This document shows, in pieces, positions 31,315-41,659 of a stretch of DNA of 64,000 nucleotides. Positions within the stretch are counted from its first letter, which is position 1; each line of letters begins with the position of its first letter. Below the pieces are notes generated by a model. The model was not told the DNA's origin. It did no database searches and was given only the letters and a program-made list of their open reading frames with translations. Position numbers and translations under genes: made by a program. The DNA is from Candidatus Bathyarchaeota archaeon. GTDB taxonomy: Archaea; Thermoproteota; Bathyarchaeia; Bathyarchaeales; Bathycorpusculaceae. Where the stretch lies: NCBI GenBank assembly GCA_963717465.1, contig OY970340.1:1760001-1824000 (forward strand), given 5' to 3'.

Positions 31315-33232
31315 TAAGCCATCTCCCGCACTACTGATTTTCCTTCAACACTTTGCACCGTGATTACGTTTGCGTCTTGTTGGGCAAATGTGATTTGACT
31401 GGGGGTTATAACAATATACTGTGAGGTATTTTCTTTAATTATTGAAACTAGGATTTTCGCGATCATTTCTCTGTTCTTTGGATCCATGTGAATGTCGTAT
31501 TCATCTACCGCTCTAAAAGGTGAACGAACATGTTGTTGTAACGCTAAGAGAAAGCTCATGGTGGCTGTTGTTCGCTCGCCACCGCTTTGTGTGTATGCAT
31601 CCAAAGCCACGGGTTTTCCACCTTTAAACCCGACTAAAATTTCCAAGCCAGCGGTCTCAATTTCTTGAGCGTTAGCCAATCGCACTTCCCCCGTTGCCAG
31701 GGTCTGCTCCATAATCCTTTTGTATTCAACGTTAACGCGGTCCAGTAAATTCTGCATGACTGATTGCCAAGTTTGCATTCTAACGTTAAGTTCTTCAAGG
31801 GTTTTTTGCCTATTTTCAGTTACGATTTCCGCTTTTTCTTTGAGCTCCAAGTAAAGTTTTGAGTACGACTCGTACATGCGTTCAATATCTTCTGAAACAT
31901 CAGCCAAAGAAGCTAAATGCCCGTCTGTAACTCGAATTTCATCAAGGACATCTGAAAAAGGCTTTAAAACAGCTATGCGTTCCCCAAACTGTTCAGCCTT
32001 ACCAACGGACGCCTTTAAGCTTGATTGGGCATCAGCGAGCGAACCCTCAACGTCTTTCAAGTCAACAATGGCGTTTGCTCGTTGATACTCCAACAAGGCA
32101 AGATGAATCTTGTTATCCAAAACGTTTTCTGTAATTTTCTGGGTTGACTCCTCTAAATTCAAGGTTTTGGTCATGTTATCCTTTACTTTTTCGTTTATTT
32201 TGCTGATTTGCAGACTTGAATTATCTATCATTTCTTTGAGCTTTGCGCTTGTGAAAATTTTAAAATCATTTCTGTTCTGGGATTTTGATTCAAAGGACTC
32301 GGCTTCTCCGAGTAACTGCTCAATCAACTTCATTGTTGATTCATTTTGGGCTAAGTCATGCTCCAGACTTAATCGTTCGTTGAAAGAAGCTTTAATATCA
32401 CTCTTCAGTTTTTCTTGCTGAAGCTGTCGGTCGTTTAGCTGGCTTGTTGAGACATTTTTTCTAGCTCGATTTTATTAATAATTTCTTGATTCTTGCCCTG
32501 ATTCGCCAATAGCCCTTTTACGATACCTTCACGTCTTTCTACTTCTGCCCATGCAAGTTCGCGTTCCAAGAAGCGCCTTTTGATTTGCAACTGTTTTTTC
32601 TCTTGATATTTCTGGTTTTGTTCTTGCCAGTACCTGAGGGTTTGCTCAGCGGACTCCAAAAGTTTGCTTACGGATTCTTCTTGACTTAAAATACGAGTTA
32701 ATTTTGATTTTGCTTGAAGCACGTTGTCACGGAATGGTTCTAAACCAACTGCAGCTTCAACCATGCGGAGCTTATCCATGTTGGAGAGTACGCTGAATTG
32801 CTCAACCATGTTCTGGTGCATGATAATTAACATGTTGTCAGGGTCAACACCGAACCTGCCCAATAAACGTTCAACATCCTGTTTTGTGGCAGCGTGATTT
32901 TCAAGTTCAAACCAGTATTTGCCATCTCTGCGCAAAACGCGAGTAAGGAAAATCTGGTCCTTACTGTATTTTGGGGCAGGACGCTTATTGCCCATTTTAC
33001 TGTTATCCAGAATAAGCGTCACTCGGGCTTGATCGTTACCCCATCGAATTAAATCGCTAAGTTTACGGGAACGCTCTGTGTAAGATTGCCCAAGCGCCAC
33101 TGAAATAGCAAGTAAAAGCGAGGATTTTCCCGCGCCGTTTGGTCCGCCTATAACGTTGACACCTGGCTTAAACGGCACTCTAGCATACTCATAGCTCATG
33201 AAATTTTCCAGAATAACCTCTTGAATTAGCAT
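31314..33232 (-). CDS. short SMC-family ATPase, SMC5/6-like (1-bp frameshift at T run 32455..32460)
   Basis: LENFMSY, GPNGAGKS, MHQN Q-loop; QSGGER, SPFRAVDEYDIHMDPKNRE; adding one A on the coding strand gives a ~640-aa ORF. Confidence 0.85.
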
Positions 33233-33757
33233 TACCCGCAGTTAGCCTCTTTTGATGTAGAGCCTTAGTTATATTTAACCGAATTGCTAAGAAAAGGCGC
33301 AAAATCGAGCATTTTTCCATTTTTCGGGATGTCTACCTTAGTTAGATCAAGTGGTAAGCTTCCCACTCCGAATTGTGGAATGGCTTAGAAACTTAAGAAT
33401 GGCTCCTATTTTTGCCTCTTTTCAATTCTTTACAGTCTTGTTTTCTTCATATCAAACATTCACATGTATACATAGATCCTTGCGTTTGAAAATCATTCGG
33501 GTTAATTTTAAAAAAAAATCCATTTTATATTTTATTTAGGATAGTTTTGAGATATTTGCTCATATTTTTGGCAAGCAATAAAGGAAATTCTTATATATTA
33601 CGATTCCATATTGTATTTAGCGATAACTTTAAGAGAGCCATCAGCATTTAAGTTTGCCTTCCAAAGGTACAAATCTGTGTGCGAATAGGAATACCATCCC
33701 ACACATGAGCCTTTGAATTAGCAAATTCGAATGATCAAATAATAGGAGGAAAAATAC

Positions 33758-33883
33758 GTGCTTTCAAGAGATTGCGACGGCTGCTCCCAGATGAAGCCAT
33801 GCAGCAAACGCTACATAGTAGTCGAAAAGGGTAACTGCGTCTACTGTCCCGACGGAACAGCCCATTTAGTTGACGGATTTTAA
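33758..33883 (+). CDS. 41-aa Cys-rich microprotein
   Basis: SD AGGAGG, GTG start; MLSRDCDGCSQMKPCSKRYIVVEKGNCVYCPDGTAHLVDGF. Confidence 0.65.
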   Translation: MLSRDCDGCSQMKPCSKRYIVVEKGNCVYCPDGTAHLVDGF

Positions 33884-34089
33884 AACTAAAAAAGAATTTT
33901 TAATTGCAAAATCGTCAACCATTTTTTTATTTCTTGATTTTTTTTTCATTTAAATGTTATGTCAACTATGCGTCTTTGGATTTCCTTCTTGGGAAGTCAA
34001 AGGGTAAAAATAGTATTTGATTCTGTTTTACATGTTCAGCCAATGAATTTTAATATCCTAAGTCGCCCTATTTCTTTGAGCGAGATTAC

Positions 34090-35853
34090 ATGGATTATGA
34101 GCTTATTGCCCAAGAATACGAGAAAATTGAAGCAACCTCAAAACGGTTGGAAATGACTGATTTACTGGTTAATCTGCTTAAAAATACTCCCAAAAATGTC
34201 ATCGATAAAGTAGTCTATTTAACCCAGGGTAAAATATATCCTGATTTCGTTGGCATTGAAATTGGTATAGCAGAAAAACTCGCCATTAAAGCTTTATCAC
34301 GCGCTTCTGGGCGAAAAGAAAGTGAAATTCAATCTGACTTGCAAAAAAGCGGTGATATAGGTGTTACGGCAGAGAAGCTTTTGGCTAAACGCAAGCAGTC
34401 CACTTTCTATACTAAGACATTGTCTGTCGAGCATGTTTACGAGACGCTTGATAAAATGGCTAAAACTTCAGGCTCAGGCTCTGTTGACTCGAAAATGGCC
34501 CTTTTGTCCGGATTATTGTCTGATGCTTCCCCTAGAGAGGCGAAATTTATTGTTCGCACGGTAACAGGCAACCTGAGATTAGGCATTGCAGATATGACTG
34601 TGCTTGATGCGTTGGCGATAGCTTATGGTGACGGAAAAGAATCTCGTGAACCAATCGAGCGAGCATACAACATCTGTTCAGATCTTGGCCGAGTAGCAAG
34701 CATACTTGCACAGAATGGTCTAGATGCGGTAAAAGAGCTCCAAGTGCTTGTTTTTGAGCCTATTAGACCCATGCTAGCAGAGAGGCTTGCTTCGCCAGAA
34801 GAAATTCTTGACAAGCTTGGAGGAAAATGCGTTGCCGAATACAAGTATGACGGAGAACGAATACAACTGCACAAAAAAGGAAACGAGGTTAAACTTTTTT
34901 CCCGTCGCATGGAGAACATTTCAGACCAGTATCCAGACGCAATTCAACTAATCAGAGATAAAGTGGCTGGAAAAGAGGTTATTATGGAGGCTGAATGCGT
35001 CGCGATGGATTTGGAAACAGGTGACATGCGGCCATTTCAAGAATTGATGCATCGGCGACGTAAATACGGCGTTGAAGAGGCTGTAGTGCAGTATCCTGTC
35101 TCACTCTTTATGTTTGACGCCCTTTACGTTGATGGTAAAGACTTGACACGTGAAGTTTACCCTATCAGAAGAAAAATGCTTGAGAAAACACTAATACAGA
35201 ATGACCGAGCTAAACCAGCCATACAAAAACTGGCTAAGAATGCGAAGGAACTTGAGGATTTTTTTGAGGAAGCAATCGAGAAAGGCTGCGAAGGCTTAAT
35301 GTGCAAATCAATAGGCAAGGATTCCATTTATCAAGCTGGAAGTCGCGGTTGGCTATGGATTAAATATAAACGTGATTACAAGAGTGAAATGACTGATACT
35401 GTAGATTTGGTTGTAGTTGGCGCTTTGCATGGTAGAGGCAAACGTGCAGGAGCATATGGCGCTTTGCTGCTTGCTACTTATAATAAAGATAAGGACACTT
35501 TTGAGACTGTAACGAAGTGCGGAACAGGGTTTACAGATAAGGACCTTGCGAACCTTGTAGATGTGCTTCAGAAGCATATTATTCCGAAGAAGAATTCACG
35601 TGTTCAATCTTTGCTTGAAGCAGACGTATGGTTTGAGCCCTCATTGGTCTTGGAGATTTTAGGCGCTGAAATTACTCTTAGCCCAATTCACACTTGCTCA
35701 ATGGATTCAGTAAGGAAAGGCAGTGGTTTAGCCATTCGTTTTCCACGTTTCACAGGAAAATACAGGTCTGATAAAAGCCCTGAAGACGCAACATCTTCAA
35801 AGGAAATCGTAGAAATGTATCGGCGCCAACTCAAAAAAATAAGTGAATCTTAA
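34090..35853 (+). CDS. lig: ATP-dependent DNA ligase
   Basis: EYKYDGER, EGLMCK, WIKYKRDY, IRFPRF. Confidence 0.98.
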   Translation: MDYELIAQEYEKIEATSKRLEMTDLLVNLLKNTPKNVIDKVVYLTQGKIYPDFVGIEIGIAEKLAIKALSRASGRKESEIQSDLQKSGDIGVTAEKLLAKRKQSTFYTKTLSVEHVYETLDKMAKTSGSGSVDSKMALLSGLLSDASPREAKFIVRTVTGNLRLGIADMTVLDALAIAYGDGKESREPIERAYNICSDLGRVASILAQNGLDAVKELQVLVFEPIRPMLAERLASPEEILDKLGGKCVAEYKYDGERIQLHKKGNEVKLFSRRMENISDQYPDAIQLIRDKVAGKEVIMEAECVAMDLETGDMRPFQELMHRRRKYGVEEAVVQYPVSLFMFDALYVDGKDLTREVYPIRRKMLEKTLIQNDRAKPAIQKLAKNAKELEDFFEEAIEKGCEGLMCKSIGKDSIYQAGSRGWLWIKYKRDYKSEMTDTVDLVVVGALHGRGKRAGAYGALLLATYNKDKDTFETVTKCGTGFTDKDLANLVDVLQKHIIPKKNSRVQSLLEADVWFEPSLVLEILGAEITLSPIHTCSMDSVRKGSGLAIRFPRFTGKYRSDKSPEDATSSKEIVEMYRRQLKKISES

Positions 35854-35916
35854 ATTGTTTGACAAATAACCGTTGAAAAAGCTTAAACATGAAGCATAAA
35901 AATCTATTGTACGAGC

Positions 35917-36546
35917 GTGGAAGAGGCATTGTCGCAAGATTCAGAAAGGATGAAATCTTTGGTCGCTTTTAAAAAACGGCTTGAGAAAAAGCTTGAAAGA
36001 CTAAATGCTGAAACCAAAGAAATCCAAGCAGCCTTAGACTCTGTTAATTCAATATTACTCGAGAAGAGCTTCAAGCGTGGAGACATAAAGGAAGTGACTG
36101 CTTCAACCCCTATTCCTGCTGAAGTTATACTTCCAAAACCTGAAGCTGACGAATCAAATGAAAACATCCCTGTCACCCAACATGGCGTTGAACCTGAAAA
36201 CGTTATACCGCTAAGAACTATGGCGGATGAGCCATTAGCAATACTTTATCTTGATAATCAATCAGTGCATGTTATGCCTGATGAAAGCAAGAAATTTAGT
36301 GTCAATACGCCGCCTTTCGAGAACTTTTTAGTTGAAAAAGTCTTCGCTAAAATGGAAGAAAAAGATGACGAATTAGTGCAAAAAGGGCAGCTTAAACCTG
36401 AAAAAATGTTCTCCTATAACGTTATCCGTGAAAATAATCTAATTCGGGAAATAGTAATTAAAAATGTTGATGAGGAACGTCTAAAAGAGTTAAAGTCAAG
36501 TATTCGCTGGACTTTTGAGAAAATGTACGAGAAAATGAAAAGCTAA
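35917..36546 (+). CDS. hypothetical protein with N-terminal coiled coil
   Basis: 209-aa ORF downstream of lig. Confidence 0.7.
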   Translation: MEEALSQDSERMKSLVAFKKRLEKKLERLNAETKEIQAALDSVNSILLEKSFKRGDIKEVTASTPIPAEVILPKPEADESNENIPVTQHGVEPENVIPLRTMADEPLAILYLDNQSVHVMPDESKKFSVNTPPFENFLVEKVFAKMEEKDDELVQKGQLKPEKMFSYNVIRENNLIREIVIKNVDEERLKELKSSIRWTFEKMYEKMKS

Positions 36547-36552
36547 ATGCCT

Positions 36553-36879
36553 TTATTCAAGATGCTTTTTCAACAGTACATCAATGTTTCTTTTTGGGCA
36601 CAAGCCAACTAGTCTTTCAACTTCTTTGCCGTTCTTAAAAACTATCAACGTGGGTATGCTATAAACGCCGAAGCGTTCAGCAGTCAAAGGGTTTGCATCG
36701 ACATCCAGTTTGCCTATAAACGCTTTTCCATTATATTCCGCTGCTATTTCCTCTATTACTGGGGCCAGGGCTCTGCAGGGTCCGCACCATCCAGCCCAAA
36801 AATCAAGCAAAGCAATCTTATTGTTCTTGATTGTTTGCTCAAACTGTGCATCCGTAACATGACAAGGTTGAGAACTCAC
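36553..36879 (-). CDS. trxA: thioredoxin
   Basis: DFWAGWCGPC; SIPT. Confidence 0.95.
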   Translation of the reverse strand: MSSQPCHVTDAQFEQTIKNNKIALLDFWAGWCGPCRALAPVIEEIAAEYNGKAFIGKLDVDANPLTAERFGVYSIPTLIVFKNGKEVERLVGLCPKRNIDVLLKKHLE

Positions 36880-37051
36880 CTTTAATCAACTCCATTTTCT
36901 TATGAACAAAAGTTTTAGATTGATATAAACATTCGCAAGAAAGCATGCATCAATCATTCCCTATTTAGAAAATCAGTTTTGGTTATATTACTAAAACTAG
37001 AATAAGCGAGTTATATAGCCACACCATCAGTTTATTTGAGGATGAAACAAG

Positions 37052-37291
37052 TTGCAAGAACAATTAGCCTGTCTGCTTTTAATAACTGTCTCCATAGCGC
37101 TAATTGGTGTAGTAGCTGATTATGCAGTAAATTTAACCGCACAGACGCTTAATCCCGATTCTTCTCAAAACGCGAAAATAAGTGACTTAAGTGCACAACT
37201 TCTAAATCAAACAGAGAATCTGCTCAATCAAATTCCAAGCAGTAATTCAACAATAACGAGCAATTCAACACAGACCTCGACTTCCCCATAA
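37052..37291 (+). CDS. small membrane-anchored hypothetical protein
   Basis: N-terminal hydrophobic helix, S/T-rich tail. Confidence 0.5.
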   Translation: MQEQLACLLLITVSIALIGVVADYAVNLTAQTLNPDSSQNAKISDLSAQLLNQTENLLNQIPSSNSTITSNSTQTSTSP

Positions 37292-37408
37292 ATTCTCATC
37301 AACAATAAGTCGGTTGACATCTGACCCATCTTTCATAATAAGATAAATAGAAAGCGCTAATTTCCCGGTGGCAATTTTAAACGTTGCCGCAAGGAAAAAA
37401 ATGAAGTT

Positions 37409-38275
37409 TTAGGCTGCTTTTGGCTTTGCCTTCTCGGCAGCACTGTTTAAGCTTGTCATTTGCATGTTTGCCTTGCGTAATAAGTCGCCGATGGTTTCTT
37501 TTGTTGGAACAGCAGCATTTACTGAGAGTGCTAATGCTTTTTGGTGGGCTTGTTGCAATAATGGCTTAATGGTGTCTTTTGTTGTAAAAGTAATCGCCAA
37601 CGCCAAAGCGTATGCTAAAGCGTTGCTTTCTTCGATGCTTTTTTTCGTTGCGTCTATGTCAATTTTAAGTTGGTCCCCACTGATCATTAGTCCATTATCG
37701 AGTACAGCACGCATCGATAATCCTAATTCAACTGCTTTGATATTGAGCTTAGAGAGTACGCCGGCTAGACGTTCATTGATTACTTCACCTTTGCGTACAA
37801 CAAGTGTGTCTTTGCTGATCCATACACTGCCTGATTCGATTCGCGTAGGCAACCCGACGGCGTTCAATTGACTGATAACTGGTCCAGGTGCTTGTCCAGT
37901 GTTGCCTGCTGGAATGACCACATCCATTGCGGCGACATCACCCGACTTAGCTGTGGTTTTAACTTTGCCTCGTTCCAGCATGAGCGATAGCTTGAATGGG
38001 TTAAGATTCGTAAATAAGTAAACGTTCGAGCCTTCTAAGAAGTCCTCGAGCTTTTTCAGGTCCGTTTCGGGCATTCCTTCAATCGCAAACTTTACCAAAG
38101 AATTCTTCAAGACTCTGAAGTGTACTTTGCCACTCATGCTTTTCTTTAATTCTTGAAGCTGGGAAGCACGTACTTTCTGTAAACTAGCAATGCCGATCGA
38201 CTTGTATTCTTTCAAGATGCCTTTGATTTCGGCTACTTCATTTGATTTTTCTTCTAACACTTGTTGAGATGGCAT
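37409..38275 (-). CDS. rpl10: 50S ribosomal protein L10 (P0)
   Basis: LFTNLNPFKL, PAGNTGQAPGP; operon position. Confidence 0.96.
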   Translation of the reverse strand: MPSQQVLEEKSNEVAEIKGILKEYKSIGIASLQKVRASQLQELKKSMSGKVHFRVLKNSLVKFAIEGMPETDLKKLEDFLEGSNVYLFTNLNPFKLSLMLERGKVKTTAKSGDVAAMDVVIPAGNTGQAPGPVISQLNAVGLPTRIESGSVWISKDTLVVRKGEVINERLAGVLSKLNIKAVELGLSMRAVLDNGLMISGDQLKIDIDATKKSIEESNALAYALALAITFTTKDTIKPLLQQAHQKALALSVNAAVPTKETIGDLLRKANMQMTSLNSAAEKAKPKAA

Positions 38276-38291
38276 ACTCTTTCCTCTTCAA

Positions 38292-38941
38292 TTATGGTTT
38301 AATTTTAACGGGTTCACCCATTGATGTCTTGATGAAAGCGTATTTCACGTTCTTTAATCCACGTTTAAGCTTTCCATCAAGAACACGAAGAATAGCCTGC
38401 ATATTGTCAACCAGTTCTTCATCTTTCATCTGTTCAGCGCCAACGGAAACCTGAATAATCGGCTGATTACGCATACGTACAACCACAGTTTTTCGATGTT
38501 TAGTAAGCAGAGCTGTAATGTCTGCACCCGGGGGAACAGGAATAGGCATTTTACCCCTTGGACCCAAAACGGGACCTAAGACCTTGCCGACCAACGACAT
38601 TAACGGTGCTTCTGCGATGAAAACGTCATAATCGCTGGCTAATTTCCGTAGTTCTCTCTTTTTCCAGCTAACGCGTCTAGGTCAGCACGTTCAATGACCA
38701 TGTCAGCCTTAGCGTTTTTGGCCTTGACTGAGAACTCTCCCTGGGCAATAACGCAAATCTTGTTTGATTTGCCGGTTTCACGTGGAAGCTCAACAACTTC
38801 TTGAATCTTGCCTTCCGGTGCCTTCATGTCAATTTCTTGAATGTCCAAAATCAAATCTACAGTTTGGTTAAACTTTTTCTGACCTGACTTTGACTTAGCC
38901 GCTTTAACAGCCTCTAACAGTGTCTTGTTATCTAATGGCAT
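38292..38941 (-). CDS. rpl1: 50S ribosomal protein L1 (1-bp frameshift at T run ~38659..38663)
   Basis: KKFNQTVDL; adding one A restores GKKRELRKLASDYDVFIAEAPLM; LGPRGKMP. Confidence 0.93.
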
Positions 38942-38997
38942 TTTTAAGCCTCGAACCAATGAGGGATTGGAACCCGATTATAAAAATATTCGCTTAT

Positions 38998-39489
38998 TTA
39001 TTCGCTTTTATTGAATAAATCCTCATAGTTTCCAGTATCAATGTCTTTTTGAACTTCACGTGGGTCCTTGCCTTCAACGGTGACGCCTAAACTTACGCAT
39101 GTTCCAAGCATCTCTTTAACAGCTTTCTTAAGCGTCGGTGCTAAAAGCTCAGGTCGCTTAATCTTTGCGATCCGAACCATCTGCTCCATGTTTAAGTCAC
39201 CAACCTTAACTGAATTCGGTGTTCCTGAGCCTTTCTCGATCTTTAGTTCAGCCACAATCAATGCTGACGAGGTTGGGGTTCCAACGGAAACTTCAAAGGT
39301 TTTATCCTCAGGATTAACAGATATTTTAACTGGAACCTTCATTCCAGCATAATCCTTAGTCAACTCGTTAATCTTGTTGACTACAGCCATAATGTTAATT
39401 CCTAATGGACCAAGAGCAGGACCCAATGGTGGACCTGCATTGGCTTGTCCCCCGTTTACGAGTAATTCAACGATTTTTTTCTCTGACAT
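38998..39489 (-). CDS. rpl11: 50S ribosomal protein L11
   Basis: GPPLGPALGPLG; GTCVSLGV. Confidence 0.98.
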   Translation of the reverse strand: MSEKKIVELLVNGGQANAGPPLGPALGPLGINIMAVVNKINELTKDYAGMKVPVKISVNPEDKTFEVSVGTPTSSALIVAELKIEKGSGTPNSVKVGDLNMEQMVRIAKIKRPELLAPTLKKAVKEMLGTCVSLGVTVEGKDPREVQKDIDTGNYEDLFNKSE

Positions 39490-39503
39490 GTTCTTTCACT
39501 TGT

Positions 39504-39980
39504 TTATTTTTTTGATTTTTCAACTAGTTTTACATAATCTGAATGAACAGTAATTGGTAAAGTAAACGTTGCCTCTAACAATTCAAGTGTTACTTCGCCC
39601 TTGGATTTGTCAAGCCTTGTGATTTTAGCTCTCATTCCCTTGAATGGTCCACCAGTAATCTCTACAACGTCATCTTCGCCTAGGTCTTCCATTACTGGTT
39701 TACGGACAATGTAACGTTCAATTTCGTTAAAGCTTACCAGACCAGGAATTCTGGAGCGCACATGGCGTACACCTGCTATGGCTTCCTCCACAAGATGGGG
39801 ACCATCTGCTTCAATGAACACATAACCTTTAAGCGTGTCTGGGACAAGAAGAGCTTTAATGGGGATATGTGTCATTTCCACTTTCGCGGCGATAAGCCTT
39901 GCAACATTGCGTTCTTGACCAGTTGTGGTCTTAACTACAAAGATTTTTGTTGCTGGCATTTGCTCTTCTTTTTTGTCCAT
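39504..39980 (-). CDS. spt5: transcription elongation factor Spt5 (NusG)
   Basis: TTTGQERNVA, KGYVFIEA, KOW motif VEITGGPFKG. Confidence 0.96.
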   Translation of the reverse strand: MDKKEEQMPATKIFVVKTTTGQERNVARLIAAKVEMTHIPIKALLVPDTLKGYVFIEADGPHLVEEAIAGVRHVRSRIPGLVSFNEIERYIVRKPVMEDLGEDDVVEITGGPFKGMRAKITRLDKSKGEVTLELLEATFTLPITVHSDYVKLVEKSKK

Positions 39981-39992
39981 AAATATCACATT

Positions 39993-40481
39993 TTAGCCAA
40001 AATTTAAGGCGACTGCTATAAATTTAATTACGAACCCTACTAGGCCAATTACTACGATTCCTAAAAGACTGATTCTTATTGAGAGCCAAAGTTCTTCTCG
40101 TCCTGGTTTGACTGCTAATTTTAGGGTTCTTGCGCTTTGGGCTATGAATGATAGTTGCATGCCAAGGACTCCGCCCATTACGGCTAATACGCCGCCGACA
40201 ACTGTTATAGCTGTGCCTAAGAATGCTATTATGCCCATGAGCATGGTTATTGTTCCCCATCTGCGTGTTGATTGTTGACGATACATCATTATTGATCCAG
40301 CAATCATGACTGCTCCGACTATTCCGAATACTATTTCAAAGATGTATCCGTAACCATAGTCTTGACCTAAAATTAAGTAGTTCAGGATTTTTCCGTAGAT
40401 TGCCAGAACTACCGCACTTGCAACTGTGCATATTCCGCCAATTAATGAGAATATTACGGCAAATATGGGTTTATCGGTCAT
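39993..40481 (-). CDS. secE: SecE/Sec61-gamma with an N-terminal multi-TM extension
   Basis: C-terminal RTLKLAVKPGREE...GLVGFVIK; position upstream of spt5. Confidence 0.8.
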   Translation of the reverse strand: MTDKPIFAVIFSLIGGICTVASAVVLAIYGKILNYLILGQDYGYGYIFEIVFGIVGAVMIAGSIMMYRQQSTRRWGTITMLMGIIAFLGTAITVVGGVLAVMGGVLGMQLSFIAQSARTLKLAVKPGREELWLSIRISLLGIVVIGLVGFVIKFIAVALNFG

Positions 40482-40559
40482 TTTTTCGCCTGAGTAGTGC
40501 TTTTTGAACGTAACTTAACATTTAATCTTGCATAATAAATGTTACTGTGGCCTTTAATG

Positions 40560-41387
40560 CTAAATTTTTGCATAATTCAAATTTATGTCTTTTAGAACTT
40601 TCATGAGGTTTGGTTTATCTTTGCTTTGTATCCCTTTCCAGTCAAGAATTGCATGAGAAATCTTTTCATGGGTTTTATTTATGCATTGCATAAGCATCTT
40701 GAAATCTACCTGTGAAAGTGCATATTTAGGGATCATGTGACCAAAAACAGCCTTGTCGGCTAGTGCGAGTTCAGTAAATTTTTGGTTGTAATGTGGCCCT
40801 CCAATGCCAAGTGCTGCTGAGTTGCTTGCTTGCTTAAAACTGGTTACCGCACTAATCGCTGCATATGCCACAGCAAGGGCAGCTTTTGTGTTACTCCATT
40901 GTTTTTCGCAACTGCCTAATTCAACGAACATTGCAGGAATTTCCAACGATGGACCGTGATGTGTTGCTTCGTATGATACTTCATAGTCAAGATTCAATTC
41001 TTGCTTGTAATGGAGGAGCGTTTTCAGAGCTGCCTGCATTGCAATAGCCGGTGAAACTGACAACGTTTGAGGCAACCCTCCATATTCTGCTTTGTCAAAG
41101 TTTCCAGGCGTATGGACGGTTAGGGTTGGTTTTTCAGTTTGGCTGCTGTGTCTTGAAATAAACACGATTAATTTTGCTTCTGGGAAATCAATTGGAAGTT
41201 GCTGCGCATTAACTGATTCTTCATTCAAAGTGATGAAAAAAACTTGATTACCATTGATTTCTGCGGTGTAAATGGGATTTTCCTGATAGGCTGCGTCTTT
41301 TTTCTGGAATAAATTTAGGCTGTGGATCTGTTTGGCTATGTTTAAGCTTGCAGTATCTTTGTTTGATGCTGTGAGTAAGATCATCAT
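40560..41387 (-). CDS. dtdA: D-aminoacyl-tRNA deacylase (archaeal DTD2)
   Basis: FISRHSS, LTVHTPGN, YEATHHGPS, FVELGS, GGPHY. Confidence 0.93.
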   Translation of the reverse strand: MMILLTASNKDTASLNIAKQIHSLNLFQKKDAAYQENPIYTAEINGNQVFFITLNEESVNAQQLPIDFPEAKLIVFISRHSSQTEKPTLTVHTPGNFDKAEYGGLPQTLSVSPAIAMQAALKTLLHYKQELNLDYEVSYEATHHGPSLEIPAMFVELGSCEKQWSNTKAALAVAYAAISAVTSFKQASNSAALGIGGPHYNQKFTELALADKAVFGHMIPKYALSQVDFKMLMQCINKTHEKISHAILDWKGIQSKDKPNLMKVLKDINLNYAKI

Positions 41388-41659
41388 GCATATTAATGTA
41401 AGTGCAAGCTTTCCATAAAGTTTATTATAAAAACTTTTGATTTAGCAATAATTAAATGAACATTTTTCTTTTATTTCAAATTTTGTTTTTAGTTCTCCTG
41501 AAGGCGTCCCTCTAAACAATTAACCCATAATATTAGGCAAAATCAGTATAAAGAAATATTGATTATAAAGAAATATTGAGTCTATAAAAGTTTTATTAAC
41601 ACCGAAATGGAACAGAGGCTTCAACGGTTATTTAACGGAAAGAAGAAGAGGGAGCTAAA

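Noticed and set aside
29825..33232. Wadjet (JetABCD) or canonical Smc-ScpAB
   Set aside because: No JetD/TOPRIM gene, SMC is about half the usual length, and head motifs are Smc5/6-like
38292..38959. rpl1 split as a pseudogene or programmed frameshift
   Set aside because: One missing base in a homopolymer restores a normal L1; this points to sequencing indels in the assembly
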